From positions 13,950,001 through 14,014,000 of the forward strand of contig OX597837.1 of assembly GCA_951406725.2 (NCBI GenBank): a DNA stretch of 64,000 nucleotides, read 5' to 3'. Positions 10,950-25,442 of this stretch are shown here, in pieces. The stretch's first letter is position 1. The number at the start of each line of letters is the position of its first letter. Made by a program: the position numbers and the translations under genes. The DNA comes from Octopus vulgaris (Eukaryota). The notes below the pieces were generated by a model, which saw only the letters and a program-made list of their open reading frames with translations, did not search any database and had not been told where the DNA came from.

Positions 10950-11709
10950 TTTCTTTCTTAGTATTGTGAGTGAGTGGAGAGAGTCGACGAAATGGCTCTC
11001 AACTGTGGAGACATTCGAAAGAGAGAGAGAGACATCGACCGAGATTTGAACCCTGATCAAGTTACCATTAAAAAGAAAGAGAAAAAAAAATAGATGTTCT
11101 CTCCTGTCTTGCTGCTGTCTCTCCACTAAATATTTCACATTAAAAATAATCTTTCTATTCTCCATGGAAGCAGTTTTGTTTCGATTATTTCCATATTCAT
11201 GCTTATATATTTCTTTTTTGGATTTGGTTTGCAAGATTCTTTACATGAGTTGGTGTATTGAAGCATATTCTGTTGTGTCTGGGGAGAGTCATTCTCTTTT
11301 AGTGTCTTTATAATTATTACACACACTCACCGGCAAAATTTCCACTTGTTTCATATTTTTATTCTCCTAAAATGTTTACATATTGTTATAAAAGGTTTAA
11401 AATATTAAAATTATGATTTAAGTAAATTTTTAATTGATGATCAAATCGTTTAATTGTATATCTTCAAGTCGCACATGTCTTCACTGAAGACTAGAAAAGA
11501 AAAATATCTCGGTTCATGTTTTTGAAATTTGTTTAAATCCTTATAAAAAGTGGGTGATTGGTTAGTTTGGCAAAGACAGGTCTTTAATTAACATGCCTCG
11601 ACTCTTATACTTACATTTGTAGTAATAAATATTTGTTTTAAGGCTAATTACTTGTAAAGACATTTAAATATTAACTGGAAATGCCATATATATTATATAT
11701 ATAAACCAT

Positions 11710-11762
<53 letters not shown>

Positions 11763-12439
11763 TAGTAGTACCATCTATATATATGTATATATATATATAG
11801 GGAGAGAGGGAAAATTAAATAGATTTGTATGGAAAGTTGATAGTGACTAGGATTTGAATTTTTATCTTCAAGGGTTTATTGGTTTTTTGCTTAATGTTGA
11901 TAAGTTTTGTCGTGGTTTCCTGTCACGTAGCCAAGTTGTAGGTTTAATCGATGCTTTATGCTATCTATCTATGTCATTTTAAGTTCGCTTCCTTGCTAAA
12001 GTCGACTGCTTTGGGAATCCGACAAGTTGCAATATTAAAAAAAAAAGACAAAAAAACCTCCCCCAAAAAAACTGTTCCCTCTAATTTCAGCCCTTCGACT
12101 ACATGTCGCAAATGTCATCGTGTATAGAGAAAAGGAATTAGAATCTCTTTCTCATACACACACAACAGGGTGCACTCGTAAAACACAATTGTATTTCCTT
12201 AACATAAAGGTACTTGCGGTTACATTAGTGCCCTTATCTATTCTCATCTACCCCCATTGAAATAAATAATTTTTCAAGGAAAACAAGATAATTTAAGAGG
12301 AGACATCGGCGATATATATAATATATTTAATGCTTATCTTTTATGTCACAAATGTGTTACGGTGGTTTAATTTTTTCAGGAGGAAATCGAATGTAAATCT
12401 AAAATGATAAGTTTCAAGCGATTTTGAGGGGAGCAACTA

Positions 12440-13200
12440 ACTTTTACTTTATCGATTGCAGAGGGACGAAAGGCAGAGTTCACCTTGGTAGGATTTGAAC
12501 CCAGAACGTAAAGAGCGGGAACAAGTACTGCTACTGCCAGGCATTTCTCCCGATACCCTAATTATTCTGCCGGATGGCCGTCTTTGAAAAAGAATGGTTT
12601 CTAATTTAGGGAAAAGGCCACCAGTTTTGAGCGGGAGGGCGGTTAGGCGATGTTATTGACTTCAGTACTCGATAGGTACTCTATTGTATTGACCCCGGAT
12701 GGATGAAAAAAAAAAAAAAGAAAAGGCAAAGTTGACCTCTACGGGATTTGAACTTAGAACGTGTCCAAGGCGCTATTGGTTTCTGATTCGGGCGTCGGGC
12801 CTCGAAATTTGCGAGGCGGGTTTGTCAACCCTTCGACTCCAATACTTGACTCGTACTTTATTTTATTGCCCCTCCCCAGAAGTATGATAGGGAAAGATGA
12901 CTTCGGCGGGAAATGAACTCAGAACCGAAAGAGCTGGAAAAAAAAATCACATGGCATTTTGTACGACATTCTAACGTTTTTGCTAGTCCTCCTCCGCCTT
13001 TACGAGATCAGGAGGGGGTTGGTCGATTTTATCGAACCCGATACTTAACTGGTGCTTTTTGTATTGATCGCGGGAGGGGGTGGGTGGATATGGAGGGCAA
13101 TGTTGACATTGGCGGAATTTGAACTCGGAACGTAAAGACGGACAAAATGCCGCTAAGCATTTCGTCCGGCGTGCTAACGATTCTGCCAGCTCGCCGTCTT
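12440..13200 (-). mobile_element. Cluster of 4-5 degraded head-to-tail family-B-related SINE fragments; similar clusters at 44275-44730, 46500-46865 and 47315-47605
   Basis: Repeated GAAAGGCAAAGTYGACCT..GG..GRATTTGAACTCAGAAC motifs. Confidence 0.7.
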
Positions 13201-14594
13201 ACTGTTACTACTAACGAAATCCCCCGTTAATATATATTAGTTGACATTATTTCATTTATTTGACCAACTCGTAATTAGTGTCGCCGCCCTCCCCCTATCA
13301 AACAGATCACAAAAATGATGCAAATATTAAATTCTGTTCATTCTGCAAATCAACTTCACGTGAAATCGAGCTCTGTTATGTCATTAATCATCCATTCTCA
13401 TATATCATTAGTCACCATTCTCATAGATCATTAATCATATCTTTTTCTTTTCCTTGTTGGATGAAAAATGAAACCTCACGCTTCAATGGATTTGAAGTTC
13501 AGCTTAAAAATATTTCTTCTGTCAAAAGCAACGAAGGAACAAATACAGTGTTGAAAGTGTGCGTGTATATATATATATATTCAAAGAAATTCCAACTCTG
13601 TCTGCTTTTTATGTTTTATTTATGTTCTTTATAATATTAATGTAGAATATAGAATATATAGTATAAATAATATATATATAGTAAAATGAAATGAAGTATT
13701 GATTGTCTTATTGAATATAAAATATTAGGGGACTAGCGTATTTTCTTGCATTAAAACAGTCTTCAAGGTCCTAGGTTGTGATAAGAGTGTCAAATACATA
13801 AGATTAGCCATTGATAAGGTGATTACACTGGCAGTACTCCAGCATGGCCACGAAACGTGTGTGTGTGTGTATATATATATATAATATATATAATGTGGTA
13901 GGAGAGGAAAGAAAGTCGGCTGACTACTGTCACTGCTAGGGATGGTCGGTGGCCCCCCTTCTGTGTGTGTGTGTCTTGTACAGCGTGACGGGGGAGAGGT
14001 TAATGTGACGCGCTTGGTTGGGGCTTCAAGAGGGGTGCGGGGGTGCGGAACGACGCCTTGATAAGAACGGGGGGGGGGGACTATTTGCGATTAACTCGCA
14101 TTTATTTCTCTTTTCTTCGAATATTCTAGAAGTGTGTGTTGTTCTAAAGTTATATTATTATCAGTCTATAAGTGAAAGCGGCAGCTGTCATCGGCAGAGA
14201 GAGAGAGAGAGAGCTTGAAAAGGTCTCTCAAATTCTGTTCAACGGTTTTCCTGCTTATCACTTATTTTCGTTTTAAATTTTGACTCTTCAGTAAATTTCA
14301 GTATTTTATCTATTTTCATTATCAATTATTAATTATAATTTTCTTTGTCTTTTTTTTTTGCTTTTTGTTGTTGTTAATTATTTGTGCGAGTGGCTGATTA
14401 TCTGAGTGTTGAGAAGAAAAGTCTTGTAACACCACCACTGACCTATCTCTGATTAATATAAGTTAATTAATTAACGCTTTAATTTTCCCAGATTATGTAT
14501 TCCCATAAAACATAGACTCTTTCTGATTGTTGTTTTGTCTCTAATTAAAATTTATTCACTTTCTGAAATGTCTATTTTCAATGGTAATGGCTCC

Positions 14595-14670
<76 letters not shown>

Positions 14671-15822
14671 ATGTGTGTTAGTATGTGTGATATGTGTAGC
14701 TGCTGTCTGAGGAAGAGTTCGATCCAGGGAGACGTGAGACAAAGTAGTAGAGAGGCCGATTTCAAGATGTCGAGCCTTGTGGAAGAGATGTTTGAGAACC
14801 GTGACGAGAGGCGATACGCTTTGTGAGTTGAGAAGACACCAAGGTAGTTGTGGGGGGGGGGGCGTCGGTGAAAGACATGAAAGGGAGATCTGTGAAAAAT
14901 GAAGCAAGGTGTGGAGAATTAAGACACACACACACGCATTTAGCAGTCGTACAGACAGATATACACAAGAGATAGGTCATTCACACACAGGAACAGGCTG
15001 GCAGGACCCCCCCTCCCCTCTGAAAAAACTGCACGATTATCTGAGAGAACTACTTACCACATATCTGTTTCTTTATTACCCACAAGGGGCTAAACACAGA
15101 GGGGACAAACAAGAACAGACAAAGGGATTAAGTCGATTACATCGACCCCGGTGCGTAACTGGTACTTAATGTATCGATCCTGAAAGGATGAAAGGCAAAG
15201 TCGACTTCGGCAGAATTTGAACTCAGAACGCAACGACAGACGCAATACCGCTAAGCATTTCGCCCGGTGTGCTAACGTTTCTGTCAGCTCATCTGCAGAC
15301 ACACACTCACAAATTCGTGTGTGTGTGTGTGTGGTAATTTTGCCAAATGCATTATTTATAAGTTTCTTCGGCTTTTGATACAATACAAAAATGTGACGTC
15401 AGGCATTGAAGAAAAATTGAGTTTAATTAACAACTTGATGTGCTACAACAACAAAAAAAAACAACATCTTAATATGTTTTATTGTTTTATTTGCAACAAC
15501 CAAATACTGTGATATCTTCTGGGCAATTATAGAGTTCTCATGGAGAAACCAGCCAAGGTTGGTAAAGGTGCAAAATTGTAAGAATCTTTTGGACCATTGG
15601 CTGACGAGGAATTAGCTGTGAATTTTCTATTTGTTGTGTTTCTTGTATGTGTTCATGTAGTTAAGAAGCTTGCTTCCCAACCATGTGGTCTTGAGTTCAG
15701 TCCCACTGCGTGGCACCATGGACAAGTATTTTCTACTATAGCTCTGGGCCAACTAAACCCTTGTTTGTACATTGTCTGTGGAAACTGAAATAAGCATGTC
15801 GTGTATGTGTGTCGTATAGTGA

Positions 15823-16155
15823 ACGCGCATGGCTCAGTGGTTGGAGCGTCTAGCTTACAATCGTGAGGTTGTGAGTTCGAATCATGGACTGGGCTGCATG
15901 TTGTGTTTTTGAGCAAGACACTTTATTTCACGTTGCTCCAGTTCACTAAGTTGTAGAAATGAGTTGTGCCGTCACAGGTGCCAAGCTGTATCAGCCCCTT
16001 TGCCTTTCCCTTGGATAGCACTGGTGGTGTGGAGAGGGGGGGCGGTATGCATGGGCGACTGCTGGTCTTCCATAAACAACCTTGCCCGGACTTGTGCCTG
16101 GGAGAGTAATTTCCTAGGTGCAATCCCATGGTCAGTCATGACCAAAGGGGGTTGC
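15823..16155 (+). mobile_element. tRNA-derived SINE family C (V-domain-like TTGAGCAAGACACTT motif)
   Basis: A box TGGCTCAGTGG, B box GAGTTCGAATC, followed by GTGTTTTTGAGCAAGACACTTTATTTCAC. Confidence 0.65.
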
Positions 16156-16460
16156 CGGTGTGTGTGTGTGTGTACCTTTCTTTGAATATCATGAGATGGT
16201 TGTAAACAAGCACACAGTTTGTGTTGTTTATTTCCTGTCTTCTGTGAAGAACATGTCTGGCCATGGGGTGATATTACTTTGCTTGAGAACAGGTGAGGGT
16301 CGGCAACAGGAAGGGCATCCAGTCTGCCTCAATAAACTCCACTTGGCCCGTGCAAACATGGGAAAGTGGACGTTAAAACGACGATGATGATGATGTGTTC
16401 TTAATAATTCTCAATTCTTGTGATTCTCATTTTCAATTTCGTTTTATTTTTTATTTGTAG

Positions 16461-16672
16461 AATTAAGCAACGAGAAACATGGTTGGAGGAGGCACAACTA
16501 CTGTCGGAAATTTGATTTGACCCTGTCTAATGTCCGTGATAATGTGGAACGTGTTGATGTGACTAAAATAACCTACGAAGAATTTGTCAGACGCTATGAA
16601 TCCAAATATAAGCCAGTGGTGTTGCTGAATGTTCAAGAAAAGTGGAAAGCAACAGAGAAATGGACAGTAGAG
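16461..16672 (+). CDS. JMJD6: JMJD6 exon 2
   Basis: [15 protein letters not shown]...[45 protein letters not shown]; tttgtag| and GAG|gtaaga. Confidence 0.95.
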
Positions 16673-16835
16673 GTAAGAGCACCATTTTAGAGAGTATTTC
16701 GTTTGTTTTCTCGTCTCATTTTGGCACAGGTGTGGTTCTGTGGTCAGAAGCTTGCTTCCCAACCACATGGTTTTGGGATCACTTCTGCCACATGGCACCA
16801 TGGGCAAGTGTCTTTTACTACAGTCCTGCTTGCTG

Positions 16836-17245
16836 AATGCTTTGGGTGCTTGACTACTCATGACGCTTGACCTTTATTCTCTAGAAAAACGCCGCCACCG
16901 TTGTGATCTCATTCTCGCTCACAACATCATAAGCGGAAAGTGTAACCTCTCAAAAGAGCTGTTCTTCACTCCTGCTCCAGAGCGTCGGCTGCGGGATCAC
17001 TCCGAAAAGCTCTATCTGCTACGATTTCATCTCAATCGAAGGAGAGGGGCTTTCTCCGTCCGGATTGTGGATCCGTGGAATAAGCTGCTGGATGAGATAG
17101 TGAAGATGCCGACGACCACTCGGTTCAAAGTCTCCCTTGACCAGAAATGGCCTGAACTCTTTACATGAACACCACCCTGTACATAACTCCATGTCCCCCT
17201 ACATGGCCTTGCTTTTTGAGCCAAAAAATTAACTTAACTTAATAC
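16836..17245 (+). mobile_element. CR1-group LINE 3' fragment (second family)
   Basis: LDLYSLEKRRHRCDLI...RRGAFSVRIVDPWNKL...FKVSLD, ending in an (AACTT)n tail. Confidence 0.85.
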
Positions 17246-17362
17246 CTTGGAAAGCCTTTTAGCCACATTTCAGGCAAGTTTGAGAATTTGTCCATCAGTG
17301 TTTAGGTTCCACCCATGCTAGCATTTAAGGCAGACGTTAAACGATGACTATTATTATTATTA

Positions 17363-17722
17363 TTACCTCTGCCTTAGTGAAAGTGGAGGTATTGTTTTCA
17401 GTCGTATTTGTTTGTCCGTGGACAAGATATCTCAAGAACCGCTGAATGGATTCAGATAAAACCTTCAGGGATGTTTGGCCTCATGACTGGCACGAACTGA
17501 TCAGATTTGGGGATTGATCTGGTACTGGGCAAGGGCTCTGGATTTATCTTTTTCCTGTTCTTTTACTTAATTTTTGAGAGTGGTTGGGTTCATATTTAGC
17601 TTTCTTGTTTGTGAGAGCAGTCAAGTTTATTTCAGATATTCTTTTAAAAATCATCTCTGGCTAATCATTGAGAGGACGTTGGTGTTGCCTTGGCAGAGGT
17701 TTTGCTCTATGAGTGCTCTTGT
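17363..17722 (+). mobile_element. Helentron-associated non-autonomous element (HINE/DINE-1-like)
   Basis: 5' ACCTCTGCC, subterminal inverted copy GGCAGAGGT at 17692-17700, then a short GCTCTATGAGTGC hairpin; GTTTGTTTGTCCGT microsatellite near the 5' end; inserted in (TTA)n. Confidence 0.65.
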
Positions 17723-18068
17723 TATTATTATTATTATTATTATTATTAGGTGTTTTTTAAAACTTGGCTAATGGTGCATATATTCCCAGCACCAAAAACA
17801 TTGTCGCTGTTAGCTTTACTAAATTTCTCAAAAGTAAACAATAGTCTTGCTACTCAGGTCTATAGCAGAAGACGCTTGTCCAAGGTTCTGTGTGCTAGAA
17901 TTGAACCAGAACCCACCTGGTTGCAGAGTAAGCTTCCTAACTGCACAGTCATACCTGCATTTCATTTCTTTCTTTTTTTTTTTTATATATATTTTTGTCC
18001 CTTTTTTTTAAACAAATCAATTTGCTTCTCAGATTTTAATATTCTGTTTTTATAAACTCTATTTTCAG

Positions 18069-18221
18069 AGGTTAGCGAAAAAATATCGGAACCAAAAGTT
18101 CAAATGTGGCGAAGATGACGAAGGTTATTCTGTGAAGCTGAAGATGAAGTACTTTATAGATTATATGAAACATAATCGAGATGACAGTCCTCTGTACATC
18201 TTTGACAGCAGTTTTGGTGAG
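18069..18221 (+). CDS. JMJD6: JMJD6 exon 3
   Basis: [51 protein letters not shown]; ttttcag| and GAG|gtatag. Confidence 0.96.
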
Positions 18222-19217
18222 GTATAGTCTCATCTACAACTGGTATACGTGTGCACTTCCTTTGTTTTGTTTTTTGTTTTTTTTTTGCATCCTTTTTAAA
18301 ATTTTATTAATATTTATTTTTGTGTGTTTCTTTTACTCCTTTCATAGTCTCTGTATTTTCTTCTGTCTCTGCTTCAACTTCAATGTCCTAGGGATTGAAC
18401 TCTTTAAACTTTAAAAAAAAACAATATTTTGTAATAACAGCTGTAGGAGCCAAACTCTCATCTTCATTACAGTTTCCCTTTATTTTTTTTCGTCTTGTGT
18501 CTTTTACTTGCTTCAGTCATTGGACTGCAACCATTCTGGGACACTGCCTTGAAGTACTTTGTTAAACAAATTGGCCCCATTACTATTTTTCATTGGTCTC
18601 TTTTGCCAAACTGCTATTTTATGGGGACATAAACAAACCAACACCATTTTTTAAAGCGTAGGGGTGGGAGGCAACCACAAAGATGCACATATACTCGCGT
18701 ATATACGTACATGTGTGTGTATGTTAATGTTAGCACCAGGGTCAGTTTATCAGCGTGCTTGTAGTGTTGTAGTGTGGAAGTATTGGATGTAGTAAGAGAA
18801 GAAACCTAAAGGGTCTTTTCTGAAAGTTTCTTTTCTTAACACATTTCTCTTGAAATATGCAGGCTTCATTTTAATTAATTTTGAAAAAATAAGAAGAATT
18901 TATTAAAATATCTTTGGTGTCCAATCTGTACTGAGCTGACATAGGACATTAATGGAGGTTTATGAGCCTTAAAAGGAATTCACTCTGACACTACCTACAG
19001 GCATAGCATAGTGGATAAAGGTACTGGTTAACACTGTGCTGTCACCTAGAGATTCTGAGTTCAGTCCTAGGCAAGGTACTAATGTGAATCACAACACCTG
19101 AAAGAAGCTTGGAGCGTACACAGCCGAAACATGTTGAGAGCAAAAACCAAGATGAGGACACAAGTCCCACTAATACATAACTTTGATATTGTTATGATGG
19201 TATTTAGAATTATTAAA

Positions 19218-19448
19218 GGCGGCGAGCTGGCAGAAACGTTAGCACACCGGGCGAAATGCTTAGCGGTATTTCGTCTGCCGTTACGTTCTGAGTTCAAATT
19301 CCGCCGAAGTTGACTTTGCCTTTCATCCTTTCGGGGTCGATAAATTAAGTACCTGTTACGCACTGGGGTTGATGTAATCGGCTTAATCTGTTTGTCTGTC
19401 CTTGTTTGTCTCCTCTGTGTTTAGCCCCTTGTGGGTAGTAAAGAAATA
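19218..19448 (+). mobile_element. SINE family B with 17-bp TSD
   Basis: TSD GGTATTTAGAATWATTA at 19199-19215 and 19449-19465. Confidence 0.85.
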
Positions 19449-21446
19449 GGTATTTAGAATAATTAGTAGCAACGTTTAATAATTAGCAGAAAAGTTTAAA
19501 TTTAGATAACTTTAAAACAAGTAATTTGCATCATAGACCCAAGGGGCAGTTCCAGACTGGGTAGCTGTCCTCATAAAAGTTCTCCAGTGGGACCTCAAGT
19601 TATGCCAGGTGTTTTTTTGTTAGTGTTCCGGTAGTTTCTGCCCCTGAAGCTTTCTTTAATTCGTCCTCGGAGGCCAAGGCAGGTGACCGAGACTTTTGAT
19701 AATTTGCTGTGCTTCAGGAGACTCGTGAAGCTTAGTGAAATTGTAGTCTTGTCCAGTGCTGGTGACACATGTGAGGCATCCATGCTAGTGGCACATAACA
19801 GAGACACTCCAGTATACTCTGGAGTGGTCGGTGTTAGGAAGGGCATCCAGCTGTAGAAACTGGAGCCTGGTGCAGCTCTTTGACTTACCAGTTCCAGTCA
19901 AACCATCTAACCTGTGCCAACATGGAAAATGGATGATGATGATGATGATGGAATATGGCAGTGGTGATGCTGTGTGTGTGTGCATTTTCATTCAGTGCCC
20001 ATTTATTGGCTCCCATAGCAACAACTGGCTGGCTGGCTAAGAGCTTGTGGTGCCTCTGGCAGTGGCCATGTGGTTAAGAACCTTGTTTCCCAACCATGTG
20101 GTTTCAGGTTCAATCCCACTGCATGGCACCGGGAACGCCTTCTTCTTTTGCCCCTGGCTGTCCAAAACCTCGTGAGGGGCTTCTGTGGATGCATGGGCGT
20201 GTGTGTGTGATTGTGCGTTTCCTTAACTTGACATCATGTTACTTGTAGATGAGCACCATTGTCATACAAGCATTGTCGTTCATTTTTAGTCTTCTGTGAG
20301 AAACAAGTCTAACTATGGGAAAATATTACCTTGCTTGGAAATAGGTGAGGATTGGCAACAGGAAGAGCATCCAACCGTAGAAAGCTTGCTTCAGTGAATT
20401 CTGTCTGATTCATGCAAGCATGGAATGATGAATATTAAAAAAAAGATGATATATAGATAGGTTTGATGATATATACTAACTTTGAACTGAATGTGTGTGT
20501 GTGTGTGTGTTCAGTTCCAACCTACCTGCAGTCAGTTTTACCTTTTATCATTCTTGGTCTGATAAGTAGGAGGCCAACCATCCCTGTACATTTGCTGATC
20601 ATTCATTCATTTGGTTCTCATTGTGCCTTGTGGCACTCGAGGCGACAGCAAGACCGTTCCACCTTCTAACACTGAGGGCCTGCTTGACAACTTCTTCCAT
20701 TGTTAACCCTCCCTTAATGTTAGAAGCTAATGTTATCTGATTCTTATATTTCGTTATAGTGGCTAAAATTTCCCGGGGTGCTTTTCTGCTACATTCATTC
20801 TACACACACACTCTCTCTCTTCCCTTTTCGTTGTCCATGCTAGCATGGGTTGGATGGTTTGACAGGAACTGGCCAGACAGAAGACTGCACCAGACTTCTG
20901 TGTCTGTTTTGGCACAGTTTTTACTGCTGGATGCCCTTCCTAACACCAACCACCTACCAGTGTGTGTGTTTGTGTCTTCTTATCTTCACATCACACACTG
21001 GTTGTAAACAAATGTCACCGTCATTCAAACAGATCCTTTTGTTTTGCAATCCTCTGTGAAAACATACCTGGCCATCATACTGTTTGTATTTGAAGGACTA
21101 GGGGAAATATTATCTTGCTTGGAAGCAGGTGAGGGTTGACCACAAGAGAGGCGCCCAACTGTAGAAATCTGACCCAGCAAATTTCATCTGACCAATGACA
21201 CAAGCAGGGAAGAGTGGACATCAAAATGATGAGGATTTACAAAGGAGGAATTAGATTCATCGTCATCTTCATTTTAATGTCCAATGTTGCATGGTTCAGA
21301 TAGAATTCATTGAGGCAAATTTTCTAAGGCCAACACTCACCTGTTTTCAAGTAAGCTAATATTCTCTCATGGGCAGACATGTTTTTATGCAAGATTGGAA
21401 TCAAAGAACACTGCATGTTATGATGGTGGCACTTGTTTACAGCCAG

Positions 21447-21860
21447 GGCGGCGAGCTGGCAGAGTCGTTAGCATGCCGGACGAAATGCTTAGCGGTATTT
21501 CATCTGCCGTTATGTTCTGAGTTCAAATTCCGTCGAGGTCGACTTTGCCTTTCATCCTTTCGGGTTCGATAAATTAAGTACCAGTTACGCACTGGGGTTG
21601 ATGTAATCGACTTAATCCCTTTGTCTGTCCTTGTTTGTCCCCTCTCTCTGTAGCCCCTCGTGGGTAGTAAAGAAATAGGTATTTCGTCTGCCGCTACGTT
21701 CTGAGTTCAAAATCCACCAAGGTTGACTTTGCTTTTCATCCTTTTGGGGTTGATTAAATAAGTACCAGTTACGCACTGGGGTTGATGTAATCAACTTAAT
21801 ACCTATGTCTGTCGTTGTTTGTCCCCTCTATGTTTAGCCCCTTGTGGGTAGTAAAGAAAT
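21447..21860 (+). mobile_element. SINE family B dimer (one head, two bodies)
   Basis: Tail GAAATA joins directly to internal GGTATTTCGTCTGCC at 21678. Confidence 0.85.
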
Positions 21861-22145
21861 ATATATCAAGGCAAGGAAACAGTAACACACACATGTACAT
21901 ACACACACTATATGTGTATGACAGGCTTCTTTTAGTTTCTGTCTACCAAATCCACTCACAAGACTTTAGTTGGACCAGAACTATGTTAGAAGACACTTCC
22001 CACAGGTGCCTTGAGGTGGGAATGAACCTGGAACCATGTGGTTTAGAAACAAACTTTTTACTATGCAGCCAAGCCCGCTTCTATATTTTCTGCCAGATAA
22101 ATGTCGACATGTTCTACCATTCATTATAATCTGTGTTGTTTTCAG

Positions 22146-22246
22146 CATCCAAAACGTAAGAAAATTCTAGAAGATTATGCTTTGCCCACATTCTTTCAAG
22201 ACGATTTGTTCAGGTTATGCGGAGAAAAACAACGACCTCCATACAG
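22146..22246 (+). CDS. JMJD6: JMJD6 exon 4
   Basis: [34 protein letters not shown]; ttttcag| and AG|gtgagc. Confidence 0.95.
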
Positions 22247-22711
22247 GTGAGCTAATTAACGATTCCTTTTTTTGTCTTGTTCGAATATTTAGTACAACTG
22301 TAACTTTTTACTATTGTTTAGTACTGACCTCGATATTCAAAAAGATGTTCATGGATGGAATGTCTTTGAACATAGGTTTGTTTCACAAGGGTTAGGTACA
22401 ATGCTAAACAGCCACCATTTCACTGTTACTCCCTGAGACTTTCTTTCTCTTTGTCTTTTCCGGTCCCTTAGCAGTGGGTCACGTTGTCCTCCCTTCAGCG
22501 ATATCTACAAAACCTCAGCTCGGTTATCTCCCCTTCCCTTATACTTAGCCATCCATTTTCTTCCCTCCCTCTCTTTCTCTCACTATTTCCAGTGTTTCTT
22601 CAGTAAAAACAGATTCTGTCTCTCCAACAAATGCTTCTGCTTGTAACATTAGTCTTCCTTTCTTCCTGACAACGAAATAATTTATTCCACTTTGTGGACT
22701 TTATGTATTTA

Positions 22712-23053
22712 CGAGCAGTATCGCCTGGCATTGCTTGGGTTTGTTTTGACCCTTTAGAATTGAAATTTTTGAAAAGTAAATATTTTGCATTATGTAACTT
22801 GTTATTCTCTTTAAGTGAACATTTTTCTGGTTGAAATACACCAAAAAACGGCGACACAGCAGTAAAAAAATCGTAAAAAATAGGGATTTTCATGGAAAAA
22901 AAGCACCTTTTTGATGTAAATAATTTTTGGTGTTAACACGGTCCGATTTGAATTTTGGTCAACTTGCGCCACAGGGTCTCGGAGGAGATAATGTTAGTTG
23001 AAGGCTACCAAACCTGTCACATACAGACAACTTCAGCTTTATATATAGAGAGA
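22712..23053 (-). mobile_element. Non-autonomous Helitron, second copy
   Basis: Reverse complement of the 6392-6742 family; 5' TC, decayed 3' hairpin, CTCG in place of CTAG. Confidence 0.72.
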
Positions 23054-23570
23054 TTTGTTGAGAGAGAGAGAGAGAGACCCTTTCAAGTCTTTTAGATTCT
23101 CTTGTTTCACTGCCTTACATGGTGGTGATGTTCATCCAAGCTATTGTGCCTTGTCAAGACACACAGACACAGGACAGGCTTCCTTTTAGTTTTTGCATCT
23201 ACCAATTCCACTCAAAGCACTGGTTGGTCTGGAGCGATGGTAGATGGCACTTTCCCAAGGTGCCTCACATGGGGACAGAACCCGAAACCTCTTGGTTAGG
23301 AAGTGAATTTCTCATCCGCAAATCCATTCCTGTGATATTCGTTACAAAAATTGCATGCATGTGGATATGTCCATCTTGGCTCCTCTCAATATTTTCTGGT
23401 TCTAAGGCGTTGAGCTAGCAGAAACGTTAGAATGCCAGGCGAAATGCTTAGCGTTATTTCATCTGTCTTTACGTTCTGAGTTCAAATTCCACCAAGGTCA
23501 ACTTTGCCTTTCATCCTTTCGGGGTCGATAAATTAACTACCAGTTTGCATACTGGGGTTGATCTAATTGA

Positions 23571-23945
<375 letters not shown>

Positions 23946-25177
23946 TAAGTCACTGCTCATCTATGTTGTGAATTAAATTCTTGGATTTTGATGCAAAATA
24001 ATTGGATTCCTGCCAATTTCCAGTTGCTTGATCAAGTAAATTAACTGCTTATTGAATTACTAAGTGGCTGATGCCAGTGCCGCTGATCTAAAACTGCATT
24101 AATCGTCCCCCTCCCAAAATGTGATTTTCACCTGCAAGGGGGCGATTCACCCCTTGTTGAGAAAAACTGATCTAATATTGGATCACCTCCTCTAATGCTC
24201 CCCTCTGTTGTGGCAAGGCCCCTGCTTCTGTCTGTGTCTCTTTGTCACACTCTACCCATTCATCCTCTGACACAAGTTCCCCCTCCTCAAATGCCCTCTC
24301 CCCTTCTCATAATTCCTTGTCTTGTGAGTTACTTGGTTACCCTACCAAAGCTGGTGCCACGTAAAAAGCATCAAGTCCACACTGTAAAGTGGTTTGCATT
24401 TGGAAGGGCATCCAGCTGTAAAAATCTTGCCAAAACTAACATTACCTGTGCTAGTGCCATGTAAAAAGCACTGAATCCACTCTGAGGAGCGGTTGGTGTT
24501 AGGAAGGGCATCCAGCTGTAAAATCCCTGCCAAAACAGACACATTAGTCTAGGGTAATCTTTCTACCTGGCTGGCTCCAGTCAACCGTCCTATCCATGCA
24601 TGCATGGAAGATGGACGTTAAAGATGATGATGATGATGATGATGATATATGTGTGTGTGTATGTATGATGAGTTTCTTTCCCAAGGCTTTGGTTATCTGG
24701 AGTTATAGTAAAAGACAACTTGTCCAAAGTGCTTTAATAGCTAAGCACAAAAACTACACGGTTGCAAAGTCATAGTCCGATATGAGTCGGACAGATTGAC
24801 AGGAATTGGTGAGTCAGAGGGCAGTGCCAAGCTGTTCCATCTGCTTTGGCATGGTTTCTACAGCTGGATGCCCTTCCTAGTGTCAACCACTTTACAGAGT
24901 GTACCAGGTGCTTTTTTATTTTACAAGGCACCAGTGCCAGCAAGGTCACCAGGTAACTTGTAAGAAAAAACCCCTTGACTGAGCGGGGAGTAGTATTGAA
25001 GGAGGTGGCTTTATGTCAGGTGATGAAAGGTTAGAGTATGAATAGAAGGACAAAAACAGATGTTGCGCTGTGGAGGAGATGCATGGCTACTCCAGTGAGA
25101 AAAGGAGAGACCAGATATCTCATTAGAAATGAATGAATATATATGTGTAATTATATATGACTGGATGAATGATATAC

Positions 25178-25392
25178 TCTTTTACTTGTTTCAGTCATTT
25201 GACTGCGGCCATGCTGGAGCACCGCCTTTAATCGAGCAACTTGACCCCGGGACTTATTCATTTGTAAGCCCAGTACTTATTCTATCGGTCTCTTTTGCCG
25301 AACCGCTAAGTAACGGAGACATAAACACACCAGCATTGGTTGTCAAGCAATGCTAGGGGGACAAGCACAGACACACAAACACACACACATAC

Positions 25393-25442
<50 letters not shown>

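Noticed and set aside
15823-15900. tRNA-like sequences here and at other SINE heads
   Set aside because: A/B boxes are followed by SINE bodies and no complete cloverleaf forms.
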